Part shown: piece by piece, positions 27,330 through 39,140 of the stretch
How positions within the stretch are numbered: the stretch's first letter is position 1
Layout of the letters: each line of letters starts with the position of its first letter
Assembly (NCBI RefSeq): GCF_009914755.1
Contig: NC_060930.1
Reading direction: 5' to 3' (one strand)
Source: the human T2T-CHM13v2.0 reference genome, Homo sapiens
DNA length: 64,000 nucleotides
Made by a program: the position numbers and the translations under genes
Notes under the pieces: model-generated
Seen by the model: only the letters and a program-made list of their open reading frames with translations
Databases searched by the model: none
Told to the model about the DNA's origin: nothing

Positions 27330-27965
27330 GGTGCAAGGCTTCAGTCATGAAAGATATGTAAGCTCTATAGATCTAGTGTGCAACGTAGGGCATATGATTA
27401 AAATACTCCATACTTAAAAATGTACTAAGAGGGTAGATCTGATAAGTACCCTTAGCACAAAAGGAAAACAAGACAAAATGAACAGAAAAACAAAGGTGGC
27501 AAGAGGAAACATTAGGAGGTGATGAATAAGATTACGGCATAGCTTGTGATGATGGTTTCATGGGTGTACACAGAGCTTCAAACACATCGGGTTGTATACA
27601 CTACATTTCTACCGCTTTTGTATGTCAATCATATCTCAATAAAGTGGTTAAAAACAAAGAAACAAAACAAAACAGAAGCTAGTCACAAGGAACCACATAT
27701 TAAATAATTCTGTTCATATGAAACATGCAGAAAACAAATCAATAGAGACAGAAAGTAGATGAGTGGTTGCCAAGGGCTTGGGATGAGATGGGGGACTGAA
27801 GAGTGATGACTGAAGGGCATAGGGTTTCTTTGGGGGCTTCCAAAAACTGTCTGAAATTGATTGTGGTGACAGTTGTATAATGCTGTGATTATACAAAAAT
27901 TATTGAATTGTATACTTTAAGGGAATTGAATAGTGTGTAAATTATATTTCAATAAAGCTGTTTTT
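27330..27965 (+). mobile_element. Two adjacent L1M 3' ends
   Basis: GATGGTTTCATGGGTGTA...CTCAATAAAGTGG; GAGACAGAAAGTAGATGAGTGGTTGCC...TTCAATAAAGCTG. Confidence 0.75.
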
Positions 27966-29879
27966 AACAAAATAAAACATTTCTAAATGCTTCACTTGGA
28001 AATGTTTTCAAGTCAGTGGCAATACTTCAGTCTCACCATATTTCAGAATGGCAGTGGTAGTGACCACCACACCTGCCAGGCTTGATGCCAAGGATGTTGG
28101 CTGTTTCCAAAAGTCAAGTTCATTTTCAGAGGATAAACACCTGCCAACAGTAAAGACAGTCGGAAAATGTGGCTCTGACAGCAAGAGGTTACTTCAGATA
28201 GGATCAATCAACAATGCTCTATTTTCACTTGTGTGTGAATCTCATTTCTCATATTAAATCTAAAGGAGACAGGATAGAGCGATGGTTAAATTATAAACTT
28301 TAATGGCAAAAATATCCCTGCCCGGCCATTTGCTAGTTATGTGACCTTGAATACATTCTTAACATGCTCTTACAGCCTCAAGTTTCATCCATTTTATGAA
28401 ATGGATAATATTGATTATTTCAGAAGTGTTACTGGGAAGATTGAACAAAATTACGTGTACAGAGTTTGGCATAGGATAAGTCCTCAACAAAATAGTAGTT
28501 ATTATTTTTACTCTAAACTTGTGAGGACAAGGACCTTCATGTCCTTAGAATATCCAGCTCAATGTCTAGACATTAAAGCATTTAATGAATAAAGATACCA
28601 TTTTGAAATTGTATGGCACAATTTCTCCCACAAAAGGCTCTCCACTGATCTATCCATTTGAGCAACAATCCAACATACAACTAAGCAGATTTTTTTTTCC
28701 TCCAGGCCAAGGAAAACCATGTGACTCTCCTAGAATTATTCCTGAACCTGTTATGTGTGAGGGCTCTCTGTGCAGTTCAGAATTTACAATTATTTCTACT
28801 GAAAACAGAAATAAAACACATTTTTTCCTAGTAGCAGAAAGAACAGAGACACCCCATCTTGTCTCATTTTGATCTCATAAAATACATAGAAAAGAAAAAC
28901 AAACAAAAACAAAACACTTCAACTGTTCCATTGCTGTGAACTCCAACTGAGTTAAAGAATCCAACAGAACAGAAACCATTGTCTTACTTGTCCAGTTCTC
29001 CTCACAGAGCAAATAATTCAGGAACAGGAATCAGAAAGACCCTGCACCCAGCACACTGCCTGGCACAGCATAGCCTCGGTAAGTGACTGTTAGTAAAATC
29101 TCATCATTATTTAATGGCAACTTGTAGAAAAACAATATATCACCATTATGTGCTAAAGCCCTGAGAAGGCAGGATCAGCTCTTCTTCCTTCCTCCTCCCC
29201 AAAGCACTCTACACCCAGAGCTGGGTAAGCCAATAACCACACTACCACCATCTCCATTGATCCTACGTGGTGGACTTGGCAGAATGTTTCCTTTAAGGTT
29301 CCTGGCTTCAGCCTTTCAGAATGTCTGCTCTTGACAAGGTGGAGCTTCTCATGCCAGGGATTGCGAGGGTCAGGGAGGTGGCAGGTGTGTGGCGAGGGGT
29401 GTATGTCTCCATGAAAGGAACCAACTCCAAGCAGAAGTGGATGTTGACATCCAGGAGCTTGGGTTTCTCTGATTGTTGACTTTTTTGTGTATCATTTATG
29501 TAGGAGGGGGCAGATGAGTGACATCGCATGAGTATACTGGATGACATGTCTACGCAGATGCAGTGATCCAGTTAATTCAGTGAAGCATCTGTTTTCTGTA
29601 ACTCACCCACATAATAAAAGTCACACAGTGGAAGCTTTTGTAATTTTGGCCCTGGGCTGCAGGGAAGATCTCGATATCATGGCTGGCACCGTCTCTGAGG
29701 GCTTGAACTCCCCCTTGGTTCTTGCCCACCAGTTGCAGTTCAGTTCTTAGTTTATCCTGGAGGTCAGCCTCATAACCTGTAGACCAAATCCAGAGTGTGG
29801 CTGGGTCTGCTTGGCTTCTGTGGTGTTGGGCAGCATGGGGCTATTGAGAATTGGTGTGTTTGCCGAAATATTTTATCCA

Positions 29880-31360
29880 ATTTTTTAAACCGCTTTATTG
29901 AGATATAATTGACATACAAGAAGCTATAGATATTTAATGTATACAACTCGATGTGTTTGGAGATAAGCATACACCCATGTAACCATCATCACTACCAATA
30001 TTAATGCCATAAACTTTTCCATTATCTCCAAAAGTGTCCTTCTGCTGCCTTTGGGTTTTTTGGTTTTCTTTGTTTTTCTTAATCTACCTTCTTAGCAAAT
30101 TTTTTAAAACACAATATAGTGTTGTTAATCATATGCCCTATATCGCACAGGAGGTTTCCAGAATTTACTTATTTTGCACACTGAAACTTTACACAAATTG
30201 AACTCTTTGGCCAATACTTCCCCATTTCCCCTTCCCTCCAGCTCCTGGCAACTACCATTCTATTCTCTGCTTCTATGTGTTTAACTAGTTTAGGTTTTAT
30301 ACAGAAGTGAGATGAGGCAGTATTTGGCTTCCTGTGTCTAGCTTATTTCACTTAGCATAATGTCCTCCAGGTCCATCCATGTTGTCATAAATGGCAGGAT
30401 TTCCTTCCTTTTTACGGCCAAATAATATTTCATTATATGTGAAGTTGGCCCTCCATGTCCGTAGGTTCCACATCTGCAGATTCAATCAACCATGGATCAA
30501 GAGTATTGGGGGGAAAAGCAACAAAAAATAATGCACATTTTAAAGCAATACAATATAACATCTATTTACATGGCATTTACATCATATTAGTTATTATAAG
30601 TAATCTAGAGATTATTAAAAGTAGACAAGACAATGTGCATAGGTCATATGCAAACACTACACCATTTTATATCAAAGACTTGAGCATCTGTGGATTTTGG
30701 TGTCTGGGTGTCTGTAACCAATCCCCCTCAGATTTGGGGGATAATTGTATGCATCACATTTTCTTTATCCATTCACCCACCAATGGACATGTAGGTTGTT
30801 TCCATACCTTGGCTATTGTGAATAATGCCGCAATGAACATGGAAGTGAGATACCTTTTTGAGATCTGGATTTCAATTTCTTTGGATATATACCCAGAAAT
30901 GGGATTGCTGGATCCTATGACTCTATTTTCTAGTTTTTTATTGTTGTAAAATACACATAACATTAAATTTACCATCTTAACCATTTTTAAGTGTTCAGTA
31001 GTATTAAGTACATTCATATTGTTGTGCACTCATCACCATCATCCATCTCCAGAAATTTTCATCTTGCAAAACTGACACTCTCTACCCATTAAACAATAAC
31101 TCCCCATATTTCCCCTCTCTCCAACCCTTAGCAACCACCATTATACTTCCTGTCTCTATGATTTTTATGCCTCATTTAAGTGTAATAACACCGTATCAAA
31201 TTATTTGTGACTGGTTTATTCCACTGAGCATAGCCATCCTCATGGCTCATCCATGTTGTAGCATGGGTCAGAACATCCTTCCCTTGCAGAGCTGCATAAT
31301 ATTCCATTGTGTGGATAGACTACATTTTGCTTATCCATTCATCCATCAATGGGCACTTGC
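29880..31360 (-). mobile_element. L1MA/MB 3' fragments (two), the first split by Tigger4
   Basis: CTTTATTGAGATATAATTGACATAC; CTTATTTCACTTAGCATAATGTCCTCCAGGTCCATCCATGTTG. Confidence 0.82.
30442..30748. mobile_element. Tigger4 (Zombi/MER46)-type MITE
   Basis: AGTTGGCCCTCCATGTCCGTAGGTTCCACATC...ATTATAAGTAATCTAGAGAT...AACCAATCCCC. Confidence 0.78.
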
Positions 31361-31494
31361 AGATGTATTTTAGAATTTGGAGACGTGCACTAAAAGCCCA
31401 GATTTCTGACTTTCCTTGAAAGCTCAAGAGATCTGATAATGTGATGCCCTCATTCTCGAATGGCAGCAATGTGGCTGCATCTGCCCTTTGAATG

Positions 31495-31559
31495 AGCTCT
31501 GTAGTCCCCACCATGCCCTGGTGTAGCTCATGTAGCTCTGTAGTCCCCACCATGCCCTG
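31495..31559 (+). repeat. 26-bp perfect direct repeat with 13-bp spacer
   Basis: AGCTCTGTAGTCCCCACCATGCCCTG at 31495-31520 and 31534-31559. Confidence 0.95.
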
Positions 31560-32869
31560 TTTTCTACCTAACTCAGTATGTCACCCATGTGTATAACCTG
31601 CTGGATTTTCATATGAGTATGAATCACTGCCCCTCCCTATGTAAATCCCACCACCGGACTTTTATTTGACCTCAGTTTCCAGGCCAACTGTGCATTTAAG
31701 GAAGACTCCACTTTACTGGTGTGGTGTTGTCCGGCTCTGAGGACCAGACCAGAAAGTGAAGATGTCAACCACCTGGAATCCTACCTGGAGTCTACCACAC
31801 AAGCCCCATCATCCTCGACTCACTTGATATGTCCAGGATGCTCAGAAGCTCTCAGTTATGACACCCCTGAGTGATCCCCTGGCACTGGAATCTTCAGGGA
31901 CCTTGAGAAGGAAAGCAACCAATCCATTTATCCATCACCTTGGTCCTCAGGGGACAGCGCTCATAATTGTAGCTATGCCATCTCTCTGTTTTCACGTTGG
32001 GCTCCACTTAACAATTCCCATTAAATAGAAAAAGCCCTCTAGCAGGCAACATATTCATGAACTTGCCTTGGTAGCACATTCCAACACTGAAAAACCCTCT
32101 GTATTAGAGACTTTTTCATATCCAACCAAAATCACATTTGGAGTAAAGACATTTCATCTGAGCAGATCCTCAGAAGAAATATGAAAGAACTGCTCACTGC
32201 TTCCTTGAGAAACACACCCCTTTGTAGACAAAATACTACTGCAGCCTTCTCTTCTAAACAGTAAATCTTATTTCTCAACCATTTAATAATTCTTGAGGCT
32301 CTCACCTGAACCTTCTTTGAGTTCTCTGCATCTTTCTGGGTTCATATAACTCAAAACTAGTTGCAGAATTCTAGCAAGTTTCTGGGCAGTACTGAATATA
32401 ATGGATATTACTTCAGTTTCTAATTGTGTATTCTACTTTTGTACTTGATTTCCAAACCAGAGCACTGTATTATTAACTCATGATCAACCCAGGGTCCACG
32501 TGATTTTTTAGAGTTTTTCAGCTCCACATGCATCTACCCTGTCATTGCCCATGACAGACTTAAAAGGTTGGATTTTTTCTCTGCAAACACAATGCCCTTT
32601 GCTTGTGTTTTCTGAACTTTGCTTTTGTTGGTTTCTCTCCCCATCTCTCAGCTACCAAGGCCATTTTGAATTCTAAATCCATAGCAAGAGACTGATTCCT
32701 GTTGTCCTCATCAGAGTTTAATGAAGTCCTGTGGCGTTTGTGAGGCATGCTGTCTCTCCTATCATCGCCTTCCTGAGAGCTCCTTCCCACCTTCAGCGAT
32801 GGTGGCTCTGTGATTAACCTCTTCCAACCACTTATGCAGGCCAATCTTTTGTGAACTTTGTTAAGCTAA

Positions 32870-33020
32870 TTGCGGTCCAGGACCATGAGCATCAGCATTA
32901 TCTGGGAGCTTTTCAGAAATGCAGAATCTCAGGCCTCACTCCACACCTGCTGAGTCGGAATCTGCATTTTAAGAGCACCACCAGCTTATTCATATGGAGA
33001 TTGAAGCTTGAGAAGTACTG
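32870..33020. mobile_element. MER5A
   Basis: AGCATCAGCATTATCTGGGAGCTTTTCAGAAATGCAGAATCTCAGGCC. Confidence 0.8.
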
Positions 33021-33583
33021 ATTTATGTTATCCAATGTTATTATTGATAGGATTATTATTGGGGGAAGAAATGGAAAGCTTTTCCCAAATTATAGCAATA
33101 GGTATCAATTTCTATGTCCACCAATATGTCCCAGAAGAGTTGCTAGTTTTATGAGACAAATTTGTTAGAAAGTAAAGATACTATAATTTCAATGGAAATG
33201 CATGTCAATTCAACATTTACTGAGTACCTAGTGTAGACTGAGCTATTTGTTGTGAGAGATGCAGATATGCACAAGCTAGTTCTTGTCTTCATTAACTTGC
33301 AATCTGGCAGGGCACATACACTGAGAACTCTAACATGCGTTGAACTCTAAGTGGGTTAAACACACGTGCTATGCATTCAAAGGAGGAGGACTGTGTCAGT
33401 ATTAGCTCCCAAAGAAATAACAATTCGCTTTTTCTCAGGGAAGGTCTTCAGTAAAACATGGTTTGTTCTCTGGTAGCCATGTACACAGTTTGCAGTGCTG
33501 TCCCCTCCATAGATGACTAATTTCACTAAGAAATACAAGAAGAAAGCACATGCTCCCATCAGCACATCCATCATTTCTCTTTT

Positions 33584-33722
33584 CCCCCACCACAAAGAAT
33601 TATTTTTTCCAAAATGTCCATAATGCTGAGGTTGAGAAACTCAGTGCTAGATCACTCTCATTCAACACCCAAATATGATATAGTATCCCTGTTATGGACT
33701 GAATTGGGTCCCCCCAAAATTC
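33584..33722 (+). repeat. 139-bp dispersed duplicate of 34010-34148
   Basis: 4 mismatches by manual comparison. Confidence 0.95.
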
Positions 33723-33850
33723 TTTCTCTGCTCCCATCTAGGGCCAGTCATTACACTGAATTCCATCTCCTGCTGTCTATTCAAAGACTTTGTGCTTGCA
33801 ATTATCTGCTCTTTCTCTCTCTTGCATCATTAATTTCCTTTCTACTCCAT

Positions 33851-34070
33851 CAGTGGTTCTCAACCGAAAGCAATTTTGCCTCCCCACTCCAAAAGAAACA
33901 TTTGACAATGGGTGGGAACATTTTTGGTTGTCACTGCTGAGTTGTGCTACTGGGATGCAATGGGTAGAGCTCAGGGAAGCTGCTAAACACCTCAGGATGC
34001 ACCGGACAGCCCCCACCACAAAGAATTATTTTTTCCAAAATGCCAATAATGCTGAGGTTGAGAAACTCGG
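33851..34070. mobile_element. MER20
   Basis: CAGTGGTTCTCAACC...GCTGAGGTTGAGAAAC termini. Confidence 0.85.
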
Positions 34071-34115
34071 TGCTAGATCACTCTCATTCAACACCCAAAT
34101 ACGATATAGTATCCC

Positions 34116-34287
34116 TGTTATGGACTGAATTGGGTCCCCCCAAAATTCCTATGTTAAAGCCCTAATCCCCAAAGTATCAGTGTGACTGTATTTAGAAATA
34201 AGTCTTTTAAGGAAGTAATTAAGGTTAAATGAGGTAATAAGGGTGAGACTGGTGTCCTTATAAAAAGAGAAAGAGATGCCAGAGCAT

Positions 34288-34321
<34 letters not shown>

Positions 34322-34493
34322 TGTGTCTCTCTCTCCTCATACACACAGAAAAGGGTTCTCACCAAATCACAACCATGCTAGCACCCTGATCTTGGATTTC
34401 CAGCCTCCAGAACTGTGAGAAAAAATATATGTCTGTTTTTTAAGCCACCCAGTCTGTGGAACTTTCTTATGGCAGCCCCAGCAGAGCAATACA
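34116..34493 (+). mobile_element. MLT1A/B solo LTR containing (CT)n(GT)n
   Basis: TGTTATGGACTGAATT...AATACA; perfect 5-bp TSD ATCCC. Confidence 0.88.
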
Positions 34494-34576
34494 ATCCCCA
34501 TATTAAATAATCTTCAGTTGATGCCCATCAACTGATGAATGAATAAACAAAAGGTGGCATAGCCTTACAATACTAT

Positions 34577-36883
34577 TGTATTAGTCCATTTTCACACTGC
34601 TATAAAGATACTACTTGAGACTGGGTAATTTATAAATAAAAGAGGTTTAATTGACTCACAGTTCTGCATGGCTGGGAAGGCTTCAGGAAACTTAATCATG
34701 GCAGAAGGAAAATGAGAAGCAAGCACCTTTATCACAAGGCAGCAGGAGAGTGTGTGCAGGGGAAACTGCCACTTTTAAACTATCAGATCTCACGAGAACT
34801 CCCTCACTATGATTAGTACAGTATAGGGAAAACTGCCACAATGATCCAATCACCTCCCACCAGGTCCCTCCCTCCACATGTGGGGATTACAATTAGGGAT
34901 GAGATTTGGGTGGGGACACAGAGCCAAACCATATAATTCCACCCCGATGCCTCCTAAATCTCATATCCTTTTCACATTTCAAAACCAATCATGACTCCTC
35001 AACAGTCCCCCAAAGTCTTAACTCATTCCAGCATTAACTCAAAAGACCACAGTCTAAAGTCTTTTCTGAGACAAAGTCCCTTCCACCTATGAGCTTGTAA
35101 AATAAAAAACAAGTTAGTTACTTCCAAGATACAATGGTGGTACAGGCATTGGGTAAACGTTCCTGTTCCAAACGGGTGAAATGGGGCGAAACAAAATGGC
35201 CACAGGCCCTATGCAAGTCTGAAACTCAGCCAAGCAATCATTAAGTCTTAAAGCTCCAAAATCTCCTTTGACTTCATGTCTCACATCACATCCAGAGCAT
35301 GCTGATGCAAGGGGTGTGCTCCCACAGCCCTTGGCAGCTGCATCCCCGAGGCTATGCAGGGTACAGCCCTTGCAGCTGCTTTCATGGGCTGGTGTTGAGT
35401 GCCTGTGGCTTTTCCAAGTGCACAGTGCAAGCTGTCAGTGGATCTACCATTCTGGGGTTTGGAGGATGGTGGTTTTCTCAGAGTTCCACCAGGAGTGCCC
35501 CAGTGGGGACTTTGTGTGAAAGCTTCAACCCCACATTTCCCCCCTACATTGCCCTAGTAGAGGTTCTCCATGAGGGCTCTGCCCCTGCATCAGACTTCTG
35601 TCTGAACATCCAGGCATTTCCACACATCCTCTGAAATCTAGGCAGAGGCCCCCAAAGTTCAACTCTTGTCTTCTGCACATCCACAGGCCAAACAAGGCTT
35701 GGGGCTTGCACCCTCTGAAGCAACAGCCCAAGTTGTACCTTGGCCCCTTTCAGCCCTGGCTGGAGCCAGAGTGGCTGGGACTTGGGGTACCAAGTCCCAA
35801 GGCTGCACAAAGCAGCAGGGCCCTGGGCCTGGCCCAGGAAACCATTTTTCCCTCCTAACCTCCTGGCCTATGATGGAAGGAACTGCCTCAAAGATCTCTG
35901 ACATGCCCTGGGGGCATTTTCTGCATTGTCTTGGCTATTAACATCTGGCTCCTCTTTACTTATGAAAATTTCTGCAGCCAGCTGGAATTTCTCCCCCAGA
36001 AAATATTTTTTTTTCCTACTTCATGGTCAAGCTGCAAATTCTCCAAACGTTTATGCTCTGCTTCCCTTTTAAACAAAGGTTTCAATTTCAAATCATCTCT
36101 TTGTGAATGCATATAACTACATTTTCAGGAAAAACCAGGTCACCTCTCGAATGCTTTGCTGCTTAGAAATTTTTTCTGCCAGATACCCTACATCATCTCT
36201 CTCAAGTTCAAAGTTCCACAGATCTCTAGGGCAGGAGCAAAATGCCACCAGTCTCTTTGCTAAAGCATAGTATGAGTGACCTTTACTCCATTTCCCAATA
36301 AGTTCCTCATCTCTATATGAGACCACCTCAGCCTGGACTTCATTGTCCATATCACTATCAGCATTTTGGTCAAAACCATTCAACAAGTCTCTAGGAAGTG
36401 CCAAACATTTGCACATCTTCCTGTCTTCTGAGCCCTCCAAACTGTTCCAGCCTCTGTCTGTTATCCAGTTCCAAAGTCACTTCCACATTTTCAGGTATCT
36501 TTATAGCAGTGCCCCACTCCCGGTACCAGTTCCCTGTATTAGTTCATTCTCACACAGCTGTAAAGAAACTACTTGAGACTGGGTAATTTATAAATAAAAG
36601 AGGTTTAATTGACTCACAGTTCCACATGGTTGGGGAGGCCTCAGGAAACTTACAATCATGGCAAAAGGAGGAGAAGCAAGCACCTTTGTCACGAGGCAGC
36701 AGGAGGGAGACAGTGTGCAGGGGAAGCTCCCACTTTTACACCATCAGACCTCCTGAGAATTCCCTCACTACCATGAGAACAGCATGGCAGAAACTGCCCT
36801 CATGATCCAGTCACCTCCCACCACGCATTGGGATTACATGGCGATAAGATTTGGGTGGGGGGACACACAGCCAAATTATGTCA
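34577..36883 (-). mobile_element. Full-length THE1 (C/D-like) MaLR: LTR 34577-34936, internal region, LTR 36535-36883
   Basis: Two homologous LTRs, perfect TSD ACTAT, MaLR ORF remnant LPRDLLNGFDQNADSDMDNEVQAEVVS (36117-36440, minus). Confidence 0.93.
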
Positions 36884-36888
36884 ACTAT

Positions 36889-37250
36889 TCAGCAATAAAA
36901 AAGAACAAGATACTGATACTTGCCACAACATGAATGAATCCCATGTTAAGCAAAAGAGACCTGACACAGAAGACAATATATTGTATGATTTCATTTATAA
37001 GACCTTCTTATGGGAGTTGAATCTATAGAGGCAAGAAGTATATTAGCATTTGCCTAGGTTTGGAGGTGGGAACTGGATTAACTCCAAGTGGGCAGAAAGG
37101 ACTGTGTTGGGGTGATGGAAATATTCTAAAACTGACTTGTGGTGATGTTTGCACCATAAACCAGTACATTTATAAAAAATCATTGAATTGCATACTTAAA
37201 GTAGCTAGATTTTGTGGTCTGTAAAATATACCTCAGTAAAGGTGTTTAAA
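36889..37250 (+). mobile_element. L1M 3' end, continuing from ~34510-34571 across the THE1
   Basis: ATTCAGCAATAAAAAAGAACAAGATACTGATAC...GGGGTGATGGAAATATTCTAAAAC. Confidence 0.75.
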
Positions 37251-37279
37251 ATAAAGTTAAATTAAATTTACAAAAGTAT

Positions 37280-38520
37280 TTTAAAATCTCTCCATCCCCC
37301 TTTTCTCTCCAACTACCAATCCATTTCTGAGCTTCTATTTACAGCAAAACTCGTTCAGAATGTTATATAATGAAGTATTCCACATTCTCACCCTCGTCCC
37401 CACCCCTCCACATACACTAGCTCAGTCAACCAGGCTAACATTAGTCTCATCAAGTCATAAAGACCTTCACATTGCCAAATCTGATGGGCAATTTCCAGTA
37501 TCACCTTACCCCCTCTCAACATTTCATGCCTGGGATCATCCTCAGGTCTCTTCCGTGTCTACAGTCACCCAACTGGTCTTTTTCCTTCATGGCACTCATT
37601 TCCTATTTCTTACTGGAAACAGTAAGGGATTGGACATAAGACATGGGTTTTATTCCTTCCCGTGGGTTCAAATACCATTTACACACTCTAGACCCTAAAT
37701 TTATATCCCCACGTCACTTTCTCCCCTGAGCTCCAGATGGCCTGGGCTGAGCCTGAGTAAATCTCATCTTAAATGTCTAGTAGGCATCTCAAACTAAAGT
37801 TGCTCGAAGCTGAGCTCTTTAGTCCCTCTCTTCTCAAACCTGTACCCTCACCAGTTCACCATGTCTCAGTAAACAGCACCATGATTCACCCAAAGACTGA
37901 GGCCAAAACCCTGGAGTCATCTTTGACTTTGTACCCTGCCCCTACGCAGTCCACAGCAAATCCACTTTGGTCTCATTCAAAATACTAGCAACCTAACCAC
38001 AGTCACCCTCCACTGCATTCCCTTTGCCAAGCTGCCATTGTCTCTTGCCTGGACTGGTACAGTAGCTTCCTAGGTAATATGTCTTCCACCTTGCTTCCTA
38101 GACTCAATTTCCCACACAGCAGTGCTATGGTTTGCATGTGTCCCCCAAAAATATGTGCTGTAAACTTAATCCCAAAGTAGCCATTGATGAAACCATGAGA
38201 GCTATGCCCTGGTAAATGGATTAATGCTGTTACCACAAGAGTGGGTTCATTATTGTGAGACTGGGTTTCTTATAAAAAGACTAATTTGGCTCTCTCTTGC
38301 TCTCTCTCTCTCTCACTCTCTCTTAGCCCTTCTGCCATGGGATGTTGCAGCAAAAAGGTCTTTGCCAGATGTAGGTCCCCGATCTTGGACTTCCTAGCCT
38401 ATGGAACCATGACTCAATAAATTTCTGTTCATTATAAATTACTAAGTCTGTGCTATTCTGTTACGGCAGCACAAAACGGATTAAGACAAGCAGCTGGAGC
38501 AACACTATTAAAATGTAAAT
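37280..38520 (+). mobile_element. L2 3' region, interrupted by an MST LTR
   Basis: ATGTCTAGTAGGCATCTCAAAC...GGCCAAAACCCTGGAGTCATCTTTGAC...TCTCTTGCCTGGACT. Confidence 0.8.
38123..38488 (+). mobile_element. MST-family solo LTR
   Basis: TGCTATGGTTTG...AAGACA; perfect TSD AGCAG. Confidence 0.88.
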
Positions 38521-38841
38521 AGCGTTCCCCCCTGTTCCCCCAGTAGGGTCAGCCTGCCTTCTTTGGAGATGATGGCAAATTTAGGGGGTGAGGACAGTCA
38601 CCCTGTCCTGAGGGGCCAACTAGCTACAGAAGATAAGGACAAATGCACATGTAATAGTGAGCAATCACAGAGGGCAGTAGAGGATACATGTGGCCCAGCA
38701 GGAGGGGATGTTGAGGCCAACGAGAAGGCCCAAGAAAGACAGGCAGCTGCAGTGTTTCCCCTTGCTGAGACCATGGTCTGGGGAGCCCTTTGAGTGGATC
38801 AAGTTCCAGAGGCAGAGCTATCTTTAAAAAAGAAAAACAGA

Positions 38842-39140
38842 GGCCAGGCACAGTGGCTCACACCTATAATCCCAGCACTTTGGAAGGCCAAGGCGGGCGG
38901 ATCACCCGAGGTTAGGAGTTTGAGACCAGCTTGGCCAACATGGTGAAACCCTGTCTCTACTAAAAGTACAAAAATTAGCCAGGCATGATGCGGGTGCCTG
39001 TAATCCCAGCTACTCAGGAGGCTGAGGCAGGAGAATCGCTTTAACTTGGGAGTGGGAGGTTGCAGTGAGCCAAGATGGCACCACTGCACTCCAGCCTGGG
39101 CAACAAGAGCGAGACTCCGTCTCAAAAAAGAAAAGAAAAG
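38842..39140 (+). mobile_element. AluS
   Basis: TSD AAAAGAAAAACAGA (38828-38841, 39141-39154). Confidence 0.94.

Noticed and set aside
30455-30949. 164-aa ORF
   Set aside because: Chance read-through of Tigger4 and antisense L1
35268-36586. Cluster of ORFs
   Set aside because: Fragments of the THE1 internal region
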